Shown here in pieces: positions 1-12,125 of a stretch of DNA of 64,000 nt. This stretch comes from Eledone cirrhosa (lineage: Eukaryota). The stretch is taken from the NCBI GenBank assembly GCA_964016885.1, contig OZ024740.1, positions 164,486,001 through 164,550,000 on the forward strand. The letters are read 5' to 3'. Every line of letters begins with the position of its first letter. Position 1 is the stretch's first letter. The position numbers and the translations under genes were made by a program. The notes beneath the pieces were generated by a model. The model made no database searches and was not told the DNA's origin. It was given only the letters and a program-made list of their open reading frames with translations.

Positions 1-210
1 CTGGCAAACAGTATTGTCTATAGTTTTTGCCAGACTCACTATTGTCTATAGTTAGTATTTTTTTCACCTTAGCGAATCTGGTCCCTTACGATTTGAACAC
101 ATACGTGTATATATCTGTGTTCGTTTTCCTTTTATATTCAGTTATAATATACGGCTCGGAAAAATTCAGTTATAATATACGGCTCGGAAAAATCTCCTAT
201 TGTAGGAGAC

Positions 211-250
<40 letters not shown>

Positions 251-254
251 ATAG

Positions 255-470
255 AAAACGAAAAATCAGTGATGCATTTGAACTCAATTTATTGTGAGTT
301 ACAATTGTTTCGCCGGCGGCCAGCTCGAGACGCGTTCATTGTGTGGATTTGTCTGATTCTGGAGCCGCAGGTTCGACGGACACATCTAATGATTTCGGAG
401 CATATTCTCTGTAAGAGCATAGAGTGCTCAACCGGCATACCGCCTATGGAAGCATCTTAGTTACCATCAG
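255..470. mobile_element. Short non-coding PLE-type terminal-repeat fragment (inverted pLTR 255-400 plus direct 3' tail 405-468); same family as 41570-41795
   Basis: 255-400 aligns directly to 41649-41790. 405-466 is the reverse complement of 41571-41630. Degenerate hammerhead on the minus strand (TGTGT ccgtcga ... GAAA CAATTG TA ACTCA). Flanked by TA/GA and CA/TA microsatellites. Confidence 0.6.
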
Positions 471-537
471 ACACACACACACGCACGCACACACACACAC
501 ACACACACACAGACACACGCACACACATACACACACA

Positions 538-627
<90 letters not shown>

Positions 628-632
<5 letters not shown>

Positions 633-943
633 GTGAGATTTTTTTACAAAATGAAAACGAACCGAGGTGTCCTACACAAGTGAAAGTATAAGGAAAAAAG
701 ATGAAATCTAAAATGCAACTGGAGTCTTTTTTTTATAAAAATATATATTTATTTGGGTCCTTTACCGGTTTCGCAGTTCTTCTGCTTTTCAAAAGTAGAA
801 TTGAGATGGAGGTTTTGTGGTTTTCTCACATCTACTTTTGAAAAGCAGAAGAACTGCGAAACCTGTAAAGGAACCAAATATGTATATATTTTTTATAAAA
901 AAAGACTGCAGTTGCATTTTCGATTTCATCTTTTTTCCTTATA
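628..943. mobile_element. Fold-back mini-element in (TA)n: inverted arms 687-799 / 831-943 plus one-sided tail 628-686; hammerhead-like motif in each arm
   Basis: The arms are near reverse complements. Plus-arm motif CTT-TTGAAAA-GCAG aagaa CTGC-GAAA-cctg-TA-AAG (835-870); the minus-arm copy has GAAACCGGTA. A further family copy lies at about 38710-38870. Confidence 0.75.
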
Positions 944-985
944 TATATATATATATATACACACACAAACACACACAGACATCCG

Positions 986-2145
986 ATGGGCACGAAAGAA
1001 GCCCCCTCATACACCAACCTTGTCATGAGATATTTGAAAACCACTCTCTACTGCAAAGTTCTCGAAAAATACGGCAATGCCTTCTACCAACACATAGAAA
1101 AGAACTGGAAGAGATATCTGGACGACTGCTTCATCCTCTCCCATGAAAGTATAGATAGAGTGTTTGAGTTTAAAACCCTTCTGAATGGACTCAACACAAA
1201 CTTACAATTCACAATGGATTACAGCCATGAACAACTCCCTTTCCTCGACATCCTCAAGAAAAGAAACAACAAAATAGAAACAGACATATACTACAAACCC
1301 ACAGACTCCAAACAATACCTCCCATTCAACTCGTGCTACTCTAGTCACACCCAAATGGCAATTCCTTATAACCTAGCCAGAAGGATCTGCACAATAGTTT
1401 CAGATAAATCCACATGCTACACACGACTAGAAGAATTAAAAACACACTTATCAGCAGAAACTACCCACCATCCCTAATCAACAATGGATTCCAACGTGCC
1501 CTAAAACTCGACATAAAGGAACTCAGACACCCCAAACCCAGGAATGAACCGCAACAAAAACCTCTACCATACATCTCCACACACAACCCCCTCAACAATG
1601 AGGCATTCGACACCATCCTCCAGAACATTCCTTTACTAAAAAGAGACCCAAGAATGAACAAAATCCTCCAAACACACAACATCATAAAGAGCAAAAGACA
1701 ACCTAAATCCATAAAAAACATCCTCACACAAGCCAAAATCCAACGAACCCTTACAATAAACCCTACAGTAAGGCCCAACTGTGGCATATGCATAAATCTA
1801 ATAGAAGGTTCAACATTCCATTTTAAACAAGGACAACATTTCACAGTTAAACACAACTTTACATGTGCATCTGAAAACCTAATCTATGTGTTGACCTGCT
1901 CAGGTTGTCTGACTACATAGGACAGACAAAAAACAGCCTCCGTCCACGTATGGCCGTCCATAAATCATAAATTAAAATACAGGAATACAGAAAAATTGCA
2001 TTTAGTGAACATATCGCCAATTGTGCAACATCCAAACTTAAAAATTTTCCCCATTTACAAATTCATAGACAATGCTATTTTCATCCATCGTACCAATAAG
2101 GAAACATTTCATTAACAAATTCCAACCTCTACTTAATTCAATAAA
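986..2145 (+). pseudogene. Disrupted PLE RT/GIY-YIG polyprotein ORF
   Basis: ORFs 986-1477 and 1414-1920, plus an out-of-frame YIGQT...KFQPLLN continuation containing a stop. Confidence 0.85.
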
Positions 2146-2574
2146 CTTCGGACCAAACTAAAACTGGGACAAACAATCACACATTTACAAGAGTTACCTC
2201 CCTCACACCCTACCTAATCCTTTTTCTTAAATAAATTAAATATCATCCAACATGAATTGCCTCCCCCTTCATATTAACTCTCTAAAAAGGGATATCATAT
2301 CAAACCACAGTCCACCATTTGCCTCCATCATGGAATCATGGATCAACTAAGCACCCTTGCTATATTAACACATTTTGGTCTGCTTAACTTCAAGAACTAT
2401 GCCTGTAAATAACATTATTTTTTCTTTCACATTGACTTTTTATGCTCCACATTACGTCCCTTTTTTTCTTTTTTCTTTTCACTTCATAAACTTTGTTTGT
2501 AAATAATATTATTCTTTCTGCACCATTTCTTTAACATGTGCAACACCACCATTCTACACCAATACATACCACTA

Positions 2575-2613
2575 TCATTTGATAATGCATAAAAATGCTG
2601 AAACCGGTAATAG
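2575..2613 (+). ncRNA. Minimal type I hammerhead motif (U3:A8 variant) in the PLE 3' repeat
   Basis: TTGATAA t GCAT aaaa ATGC t GAAA CCGG TA atag; palindromic ACCGGT stem III; stem I weak. Confidence 0.55.
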
Positions 2614-2821
2614 ACAATTATTAAATATACAAATAGATAAATAAATGTCATTGTTAATAAATAAATAAAGCAACTAATACCTTAACACTTCACCCAAAGT
2701 AAAACAATTCGTTTTAATCATTTTCTAACCCAGAAAAAAGAGAGAGAGAAATAAAAAAGGAAAAAAAAATATTTTTCTTCCTAATAATCGACTCTTTCCC
2801 CCTGTTTTCATATATATATAT

Positions 2822-3395
2822 ATATTTATTAAAATAACAGATTAAAGTTTAAGCAAAGAATCGGTGCTTTCACCCTTAACGGGATCTTCTGAAACTAATA
2901 TGTCAATCTGTGAACGCAGAAGTAAATATTTCAAAAAACGTTGCAAACGGAGGAAGACAGCAAGACGATACTTTGGTTCGTGGAAACGTTCCTTGGCAAA
3001 GAACGGGAAAAAACGAATATAATACGTCATTATTTGGAGCGGTGAAAAACAATTACACGCAATTGTGTAATTGTGTAATTGTTTTCACCGCTCCAAATAA
3101 TGACGTATTATATTCGTTTTTTCCCGTTCTTTGCCAAGGAACGTTTCCACGAACCAAAGTATCGTCTTCCTGTCTTCCTCCGGTTGCAACGTTTTTTGAA
3201 ATATTTACTTTTGCGTTCACAGATTGACTTTTTAGTTTCAGAAGATCCCGTTAGCGGTGAAAGCAGCGATTCTTTGCTTAAACTTTAATCTGTTATTTTA
3301 ATAAATATTTGCTCTACAGTTATTATATATTTGATATATATTTATCCTTATCGAGCCCTCTTTGGATTTTAGACTTCAAATGTATTATTATTACT
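2822..3395. mobile_element. Fold-back mini-element: about 235-bp inverted arms 2822-3058 / 3073-3308 plus tail 3309-3395, flanked by (TA)n
   Basis: Near-perfect reverse-complement arms (ORFs 2842-3030 minus and 3079-3288 plus translate almost identically). Degenerate hammerhead-like cagaaga tccc..gggt GAAA. Confidence 0.8.
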
Positions 3396-3416
3396 ATATA
3401 TATATATGTGTGTATG

Positions 3417-3660
3417 TAAATGGTAAACAAAAATAACAAGACAATCGGTACAGTATACGGAAGGTATATATTAGAGCAAACATTACGAGCGCTCTATCTC
3501 AAAATTATTTTTGAAAAGCATTAGAAATGCGCAACCGGTAAAAATTTAAAACTAAAACTGAATATTAACCAATACTTATTACTAATTTATACTTATTCTT
3601 AATTAAACTATTTTTCACTGGGAAAAAATTGTCAGCATTTTCTTTTCCTTTTTACTAATA
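3417..3660 (+). mobile_element. Short PLE-type terminal-repeat copy; same family as 45664-46724
   Basis: 3490-3658 aligns to 46555-46724, including TTGAAAA GCAT..ATGC GCAA CCGG TA. 3417-3475 resembles 30813-30870. Confidence 0.65.
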
Positions 3661-3671
3661 TATATATATAA

Positions 3672-4269
3672 AATGAGGTAAATATCTCTCTGAGTACTAA
3701 GTACCCATAGTGATATATAGTGTGTCTATAATATAGTTAGTGTTCAATGGTACTAATTCGAGATATCAAAACTATATAAATTAAGAAGAGCAGAACAAAC
3801 AAACATTAAACAATTCTTTAAAAAAATGTTAAAAATGATTCAAATATTTACCCGTTCATAATGCTATTACCGGCGGTTTCTCTTTATAACAGGTTAGAGA
3901 TTCGGAGAATTTCTAACGGAAAAGTAAAGTTCATCAGATAGCTATTTCCATACAGTAGGAACTAGTCCCACCGTCTGCAAATATATTGCCAACTACCAGC
4001 TAGTGTGAGTGAGGCCGTTAGAATGACCCACACATGAACTGGCCACTAGAAAAAGCGGGAAATATTACAGACTCGTTGATGGCTATTCTGCTAATAAAAT
4101 AGCAGTAAGCAGTAACAAATTTTTTTCTCGACATAGATAGGAGAATTCATGATCTCTAACCTTTTGTAAAGCGGAACCGCCGGTAATAGCATTATGAACG
4201 GGTAAATATTTGAATCATTTTTGAAATTCTTTTAAAGAATTGTTTAATGTTTGTTTGTTCTGCTTTTCC

Positions 4270-4280
<11 letters not shown>
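3672..4280 (-). mobile_element. Fold-back mini-element: arms 3773-3901 / 4152-4280, tail 3672-3772, flanked by (TA)n
   Basis: Arms are reverse complements; contains the hammerhead at 3863-3942. Confidence 0.75.
3863..3942 (-). ncRNA. Type I hammerhead ribozyme motif, intact core
   Basis: Minus strand: GCTAT CTGATGA a cttta...taaag a GAAA CC gcc GG TA ATAGC. Perfect 5-bp stem I; GUA cleavage triplet. Confidence 0.75.
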
Positions 4281-4328
<48 letters not shown>

Positions 4329-4342
4329 GTATACATACATAC

Positions 4343-4463
<121 letters not shown>

Positions 4464-4587
4464 AAATATTACATTATTCCGAATTAAACAAACCAACCTG
4501 CGTACTTCGTCGAGAGCTCTAATCTGCATACTGAGGTGTCGGTAAACAACCAACATATACTCAATATGGCTGAAACAGGTAAAAGAG

Positions 4588-4646
<59 letters not shown>

Positions 4647-5274
4647 GTATATATACTATAGCGTAATGGTTACTATTATGCAAATAATATGAAGTGTAAG
4701 TCCACAGGAAGATATCGAACCATGCATGTATTGCAGCCATACAAACATCCTGATTAAATTATTATATTTTTACTACCACTTCTACCTTTGCTGATAATTC
4801 CTGTTGGAAATCACCTCCACCTCAAAATATGTCAAAATAACTAATTATTATAATTTGATTCTAAGTTTAGTACGAGAATTAAGCTCATGAAATGAATGAT
4901 TTATTTATTTCCTGCTAGGATTTTGTAATATAAATGATAAAAAGATATTATAACCTATTTGAGACTCGTACACTTATACACGCTCAAACACATATGGTAA
5001 CAATATAATTTTAAATGAACTTTTAATTATGTGTATCATTTCACCGTGGTTCAAGCTTACATTTATCTATATATAAATCTAAACTTAATTTACCCCCCCC
5101 CCCACCCACACACACACACACATACACACATACATACACATACACCAACAAACACACACACACACACGCACACACGCACACACACATGCACAGTCACATA
5201 CACACGTACACGCACACGCTCACGCACAATACCCCAAAACACATACCGAACACACACATCTGTACAGACACATG

Positions 5275-5319
<45 letters not shown>

Positions 5320-6477
5320 GATTGACCAGGAGCTTGGGCAGTTTCGGCTAATAATTATATATATTGTGACGGCGCGTGGCATAATAGCGCGCGTGCACAT
5401 GCGCATATGTGTTTATATGTGTGTATGTGTATATGTGCGTATGTGCGTATGCATTTATATATGTGTATAAAATACATGCTAAAATATATACTTACATAGA
5501 ACTTAGTATTTTATTGATTTTAGTACATTGTTCTGGCTGGATATCAATAATTGATTTTATTACTTGCCCAGGAAATACCGATTAGTGTGGCAGTATTGTC
5601 ATAGCATGTATTTTGTTTTTAAATTCTCCCAACTGCGATATGCATAACTTGGAAATCTTACTTGAGAAGATATAAAATTAATTATTTGCTCCGGACATTT
5701 AATTCTTGAAATCAAATCCTCCCGAGGACAATGTTTCATCCCCCGAACACGATAAAAGAAATTGCATGACTGGGTCAATTTCAGTGTCCTACTTCCCGAT
5801 TACTGTCCTTGAGCCTAAATTTAAACCCTTTATTTTTTCCTTAAAATATATTTTCGATGTTTACATTAAAAGCCTTCGGTATCTTTCTTTTATCAACTTT
5901 TATTTATATTTAGAAAGTAAAGTCCGTTTAAAGAGAAATACAAATATATCTCTTTTAAGCTCAATTTCGCATTATTTTGCCAAAACAATCTTTTCGGTAT
6001 TTTGGACTCCCAGGGTTGTAATGTTTAATATTTTAAACGTTTGCTGTTCTGAGCATTCGGGATTCCAAGATTCAAGTTTATGGTGCCTGACGTTGTATCG
6101 CTCAATATTATATTCTGCTTCCAACTCAAAACATGTCTTGATAGGAATTTATAATGAGCCTATAAATTCTTCAAATGAAACATTTTTGAGCTCACCACAT
6201 TGCATCTATTGTAACGAAATGTGCCCCAATTAAGTTCCAAATTCGAATTTAACTAGATTCAAGTTTTCCTTTACTGTCCTCTCGACTCAATAATATATGT
6301 ATTAGTATCAGATTGGGACTTTCTTTATACAATTAGCACTTGTTCCAAATAAATCAAAATAAATCATTCAGAAAAGTTAAACTCTATATATAATTCGAAT
6401 CCAATTGGGGAATACTTGGGAAAATACCTGATCTATAACATTCAAAATAAGGCTAATATTTATGTGCTATATATTAT

Positions 6478-6600
6478 GCGGTAGAATTTGTGGAGCACCT
6501 GGAGCATTGCCTCCCGATATTTAGCTACGTCTTCTTACGTGCTGAGTTTAAAGCCCACCAAGTTCAATATTGCCTTTCATACTTTTTAGGTTAAGAAAAT
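6478..6600 (+). mobile_element. Degenerate tRNA-derived SINE
   Basis: Diverged match to the 31917-32096 family (ttgcctttcat..ttt.ggt..a.aaaat). Confidence 0.45.
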
Positions 6601-7253
6601 CGACTATCCCCTTTCCCAAAATGTTAGGTACTCTGCTTCAGTCAGAAAGCAGTATTTCGCTATGTTCCTTTATTGCTTTATGAAAATCCTTGCCTCAACA
6701 TTAGAAGACATTATAAATTAAATACAGATAATATACTATTGTCTCATTGCTCAAGTTTATTCTCACAGCGAATCTTAGCAATCAATATTATGTGCTATGA
6801 GAAAGAAAGAAAACTAATGAAAACCCTAATAATACTCTCTTATACAGAGCACATTAACTTTAAGATTTAAAAGGAAAATTAATAAAATAAATCAATATGT
6901 GATAAGTGTTAATGAACTGAGGAAGCTTTATTGGTTATGGTTTCCTGTTACGAATATTTCACTTCAATTATTCAATTTAACTTGCCAATATTTTTTAGGA
7001 AACGCATGAGCCATCTGATATATCATCACTCCGGTCTTGTAAATCTCAGAACCTATCCAAAATAAATTGATATACAAATTAGAGACATGCATTATGTTAA
7101 CAAAAGAATAAAAAAATTAAGGTCACCCATGAAATGCAGAAATCAAATTTCTTATTCCTCTTCACCCACGACCAAATTTAGTTTTTGTCCTCTCTCACTT
7201 GATCAGTCATTTTCTTCTGATAATATATATATTATACTTTTCACGCCATATTG

Positions 7254-7304
<51 letters not shown>

Positions 7305-7330
7305 TATATATATATAAGTAGATCTACATC

Positions 7331-7444
7331 AGTTAGTTCACCATAGCAAGAACAAATGTTTCACCTCGTTCTCGGTATGGTGAACAAACTCGTCCCATGG
7401 ACTGAGTGCTCTACTACTACGGATATAACCCTCCAGTGTCCCAC

Positions 7445-7445
<1 letters not shown>
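7331..7445 (+). mobile_element. Very short fold-back plus tail insertion in (TA)n
   Basis: agttagttcaccatagcaagaac / gttctcggtatggtgaacaaact imperfect inverted pair, then about 55 nt of tail and (TA)n. Confidence 0.45.
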
Positions 7446-7522
<77 letters not shown>

Positions 7523-7529
<7 letters not shown>

Positions 7530-7948
7530 ATGTTGAAAAGGTAACACACTAGAGAGAGATACAGTGGACGGTCGCTTTAAAAATTCTCTTAGTGTTGTCT
7601 GAAATGTATAGCCTAAAATACGCTGATGAACCTGGGTTATTTCACTTCTCTCAACAACTTAATGGCGAAACAGATCACTTCGGATTTGTACGTGTGTTAT
7701 ATAGTTATAGAGGTATTTATTTACTTTAATTTATATTTTTAATTATCGTGTCTATATTCTGCCTTCCATAGGTTATAGATTCCATACACTGGTGGTTTTT
7801 CCCTGTTTTATTGATGGCACACTATACCTCTCTCTAGTGTGTTACCTTTTCAACATATTGTATTCTAAAGTGCCCGGGATTTCCACTCCTTTGAGCACAT
7901 TATTTACAGGGAACGGCGAGAGTCTATGGCTCCGTTAATGTATCGTGA
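7523..7948 (+). mobile_element. Fold-back mini-element: arms 7523-7566 / 7820-7863, tail 7864-7948, flanked by (TA)n
   Basis: atacaatatgttgaaaaggtaacacactagagagag and its reverse complement; internal hammerhead. Confidence 0.75.
7618..7695 (+). ncRNA. Type I hammerhead ribozyme motif with full stem III
   Basis: ATACG CTGATGA acctgggtt...aacttaatggc GAAA CAGATC acttcg GATTTG TA CGTGT. Confidence 0.75.
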
Positions 7949-8392
7949 TATATATATATATGTATGTATATATATATATATAGCGTGCACATATAGATGT
8001 GTACATATTTCTGGGTGTGTTTGAGCATACTAAATTTTTTCATGCGTATACTGTCTACTAAATTACACACTTAGTATAATTTAGAAACCATTTAAACTCC
8101 AGCTGCGATCTCCGAACAAATTACAGCAACAGGATATTTCCAATTTCTTCGGATATTTTTTCTAGAATTTCCAATTTCACACGTGCTCTAATGTCAGATG
8201 TAAAAAATAGGATTTCCTCGTGAAGGCTGTAAAAATTATATTTTTTTTAGTTTGGTAAATTGATAAATGGGAAAACGCTAGAATCCTCGTAGGCATTTAT
8301 ATAACGGAAACATCGGTATTAATCGATAGAAACTAATTAGAGTCAATAATAATCGAATGTGTTAGAAACATCAGTGGAATTAGAAGCAATTT

Positions 8393-8625
8393 TATTTTAA
8401 ATTGTATATAAATATCTATATGATTATTCTTTATTAAAGCTATACTTTAGTTTGTTTCCCTGAAGTTTCCCCTGTGTGCTCACGAGGTCTTCTAGTCTGA
8501 TGTCCCTGTGAGTACACAGGAGAAACTCAGAAATAACAGGACACGCACTTTGCATTGATACTAAAGAATATGTTAATTTCTACAATAAATTTAAATACTC
8601 ACTCTTGCGCTGCCAATACTAACCC
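8393..8625 (+). mobile_element. Degraded fold-back mini-element with hammerhead-like motif
   Basis: Inverted pair 8460-8483 / 8506-8530; CTGATGt c CCTGTG agta CACAGG a GAAA; ends in (TA)n. Confidence 0.45.
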
Positions 8626-8699
8626 TATATAATATATATATATATATATATATACTTTGAGGAGGTTGCGATTAATATAAAAAAGGGAACATTAAAAAA

Positions 8700-9470
8700 A
8701 TCGTAAGACACGATAAAGAGTATACGATCATCACTACCTCAATGATAGCGAATAAGGCGCATTGAAAAAGCTATTCCAATTTACGGGGCTACGTTAGCAG
8801 AGAGTAGGGAGATTGTACGGGGACAAAGAACATCGAACGTTTCCATGAGTAGAAATTCAACGACACACCTATCTAAAAACTGCCGGTACTTAACCAACTT
8901 GCAGCTTTCACCTTGTTGATCAAAGGAACCTGTGTCCATCACCCAATGCACTAAGTTGTCGCTGGAGAAAGTATCGCTACATGTTGCGTTCAAGGGGAGC
9001 TTCGCACCACGGGACATGAAAATTATGATGTAGTATCCTCAATTAATTCCTACTGTCTGGTGACATGAAGGGAAGCCAATCGTTGAGAGCGGTATGGTGT
9101 GCCGGCACTTTGATGGTATGACATTTAGTGAAGGCTAAGAGAATCCACCGTGGATCCATGCCTGCATTTTCGGAGGCTGAGCCTCATGGATACAACGATG
9201 AGCAGACAGTCGTTGTCCAGTTGAGTACTGGTTAATAGCGAGTATAAGGCATTTAAACAGACAGCTATGAGGTTGGAAGCTAGAACAAACACATGCCAGA
9301 CGGTGCGGGTCAAATATGTACATGACACTGCCCGAAGCCGTGTCGTACTGGATTGCGTCCCATTTACACTGGAGAGATTTTACTTCCAGAGCGGGGAGGG
9401 TAATTGAATGTCGGTCCAATAGAGGCTGAGCCGGTTCCAAGTCACGTAGGCCGCTACGTGTGCCTTGATC
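8700..9470 (-). mobile_element. 3' fragment of a CRE-like non-LTR retrotransposon with restriction-like endonuclease (RLE), degraded
   Basis: Across frames: Q..WD, HRLA...QPHS..CLNAL..L.TQLDND.L.I.VSMRL..C..GSTVD.L.LH, then NATCSDTFSS.NL...E..K..KY...ET. This matches the WDxTCxDT / ExxKxxKY / ETxG RLE pattern. Confidence 0.7.
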
Positions 9471-10479
9471 AGTTGATTATAGCGCCAAATAAGGCTACAA
9501 ATTGACATACAAATAACATACACAAGTGACAACGAAAATTATAGCACTACCTGATGGAATGGACCTCCATCTGTTTCCATGGGGTGTGTTCCAATTGTTC
9601 GATCAATGGAATTGTGAGTATGGGGCTGAGTATTCCACAGTTGCAGCTACCCTTACCGTAATTCTCAGTTTGCAATAAGGTCGGTTCATTTAATTACAAA
9701 TACAGTCTATCTGAGAGAGGGCTGGGAGGATAAACCTGGAAAAATCACACAGAAGAACAATATGTGGTATATTAGTCTAACGCTGGTTATATTTAGAAAA
9801 TAGTCATAATGTTCCAGAAGCTAGTCCTTTATCGAAATATAGAAAAGGAAAGAAGAGACCATGTTTGGGAGGAAGAAGATAAGGAAAGGCTGAAGAGAGT
9901 AAAAAAAAAAAAAAGATACATTGAAATGGGTAGAGAGGAAAGAAAGCTAGAACTGTTATTAGTAAGACTTATATTCGTAAGGTCTCGAAATATCAAATTT
10001 GTAATCTTGTTTCGACTTCTAATTCAACCCAAACTGGCATTAATATCCTTTTCCCAGTCACATTTTAAACTGTCGGCCTTTTCATTTGAAATATCATTGC
10101 ATTCAAACACTTGTTTATTGCTGGGGGTTATGTGATCAAAACATCTAGCAATAATTTGAATGTTTGATCAATATTTAAAAATAATTCTGTGAAATATATT
10201 TCCACTAACACCGACAGGGGGCAATACAATCATACATTTATTGCTATGCTAGAATAATGCTAATCATTGTGCTACATGCAAATCAAGTTTGCACTCCATT
10301 TAAACGTTGTTTTAAAAGATATTTAAATGTTATTTTAAGAGGCATTTACAATTTAAAGAATTTGCATATGAATTGACATAGTAACGCATATAGAAATTAA
10401 CACTAAGAATAATTTACTTAATATTGCTATGGATAATTTATAAATAGTTCATGCAGCATCAGTATCCTCTTGTGATCCA

Positions 10480-11400
10480 CAATGTCATCGTTTACAGGAT
10501 CTATATAATAAATCCAGATACATGGTAGCTATTATGTATTAACTGGATCAATATTCAGCTACAGGAAGACCTATAATTACTTTCTGTTATAAAAAATGCT
10601 ACGGACATGCTCAACACCTCCTTAAAAAATACTGGATACCTTTTTTGCCGCCATTCGTTGTGTGACCGACAACTTGCGTGCCATAGATCGAGGCTGGTCT
10701 GTGGCTACACAACAGTAACGCAACCACTGAGTTACAAACTATCCGTCAAACCACCGAGCCTATGTAGTCTACAATAACAACACTTCCAGAAATTGAAGAT
10801 TTCCGAAGAGTGTAAGAAGATCCATCTTAACATCCATTTTTTAATTTATGTCTTCACAACCTCCCCAAAATCCACCAATTAAACACATAAGTTTATTCAC
10901 CGATAACAATATCACAACCATTCATTATTCTCTAGACACTGATACATCAACATCTTAGAAATATGGCTAAAAACAACAGAAGATTTAAAGTATCACATAT
11001 CACATCCACTACCTCCAATGTTTACATCAACACATCAGAATATCAAATGAAACGAACTATCATACTCACCAACATAACTTTTACAACATTCATATTACGC
11101 ATCGGGTAAATAGTAAATCAACCAAAGCATGCGCACAAACACAATCCTATAACTACTATATTTAAGAAACGGAAAAATACAACAATCATCTACAAGCAAA
11201 GCATTATATGCAGCATGGATTGAGCCAGCCCTACCTTGGTCTCAATCAGAAACCACAATAATCTACAAAGATCACAAATACAACGCACTCTAAATCATTG
11301 TGGATTTTACACAGACCACATATATAGACCACCCATCGAGCAAACTAAATGTACGAAAAAGGATAGGCCGTCTGGATATACAAGATGCACAGTTTCTTGC
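10480..11400 (+). mobile_element. Highly degraded LINE RT fragment (I/Jockey-like)
   Basis: Broken-frame remnants ILTSIF.NL.LH.LP, ISLFTD, IYKQ..I...ASPT, NLQRSQ.NAL..IV.FTQTT.ID. Confidence 0.45.
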
Positions 11401-11839
11401 CACAACAAACTACGTGGTTCTTGTCACTATATGAAATACATTTGTCTAACACCTTATAAATATACAACAACAACGTCATTAGTAGAGTGGCTTTGTCACT
11501 TCACGCGACAAACAGAAACATTTACGCACACATATAAAGTAATGACATCATTGGCCATAAACAGTCTACTGGGAGATACGCTACAAATTGTAAGCAACTT
11601 CCAAACGTTGATCACATTTACCACCACCAATGTGACAACGGGAAGCTTCTAGAAATATCAGGCAAATCCCTGTCACATCTCACTCTTAATATCATACAAA
11701 AATGAAACATTGTATATTGTGTCTGAAAAAGAGTCAGACAAGATGGCCATATTTAGAAGGCATTTGATCATAAGAATTTTAAATCAGAGATAATATAATG
11801 AAACAACAACAACACCAATAACAAAAACAATAACCACTA

Positions 11840-12125
11840 ATCTTCCCGTTCTGCGGAGGTAAACCACTCACCTGGGAAGCCACATGCAGCGACACTTTCT
11901 CCAGTGGAAACAGCTGCAGTCTGCAACTAACCTAGGTTCTGTGGTCGAGCCCGTAGCAGTGGAGACGTCTGTTGTCATTGGCCCTAGGATCACCTCCCTA
12001 CTCCCCACCATCGGTAGAGTTGGCGACCCGCAGGTGTGAGCCTCACGAGCTGGAATGGCTCTTTCAGCGCGTCTCCCTCACCATCACCCGGGGAACCGCC
12101 TTCTCTATTCTGTCCTTCGAGGTAG
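11840..12125 (+). mobile_element. 3' end of a CRE-like RLE non-LTR element, internally deleted
   Basis: IFPFCGGKPLTWEATCSDTFSSGN ... EPVAVETS.VIGP ... EPHELEWLFQRVSLTITRGTAFSIL. Confidence 0.75.

Larger units (their letters stand above)
980..2810 (+). mobile_element. 5'-truncated Penelope-like retroelement (Neptune-like): RT, Cys linker, GIY-YIG endonuclease and 3' UTR
   Basis: Motifs MGTKEAPSYTNL, WKRYLDDCF, LPFLDI, TDIYYKPTDSKQYL and IPYNLARRI, then CGIC...FTCASENLIYVLTCSGC..YIGQTK..LRPRMAVH. Frameshifts near 1455 and 1910. Bounded by (TA)n/(CA)n. Confidence 0.9.

Noticed and set aside
137-192. 28-bp tandem duplication (also a 15-bp unit x3 at 50025-50070)
   Set aside because: Ordinary slippage duplications with no further structure.
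5600-6420. ORF 5706-6233, or a possible minus-strand PLE remnant with GAAACATTGTC
   Set aside because: No convincing RT or GIY-YIG motifs, and no matching CUGANGA or stem I could be established.
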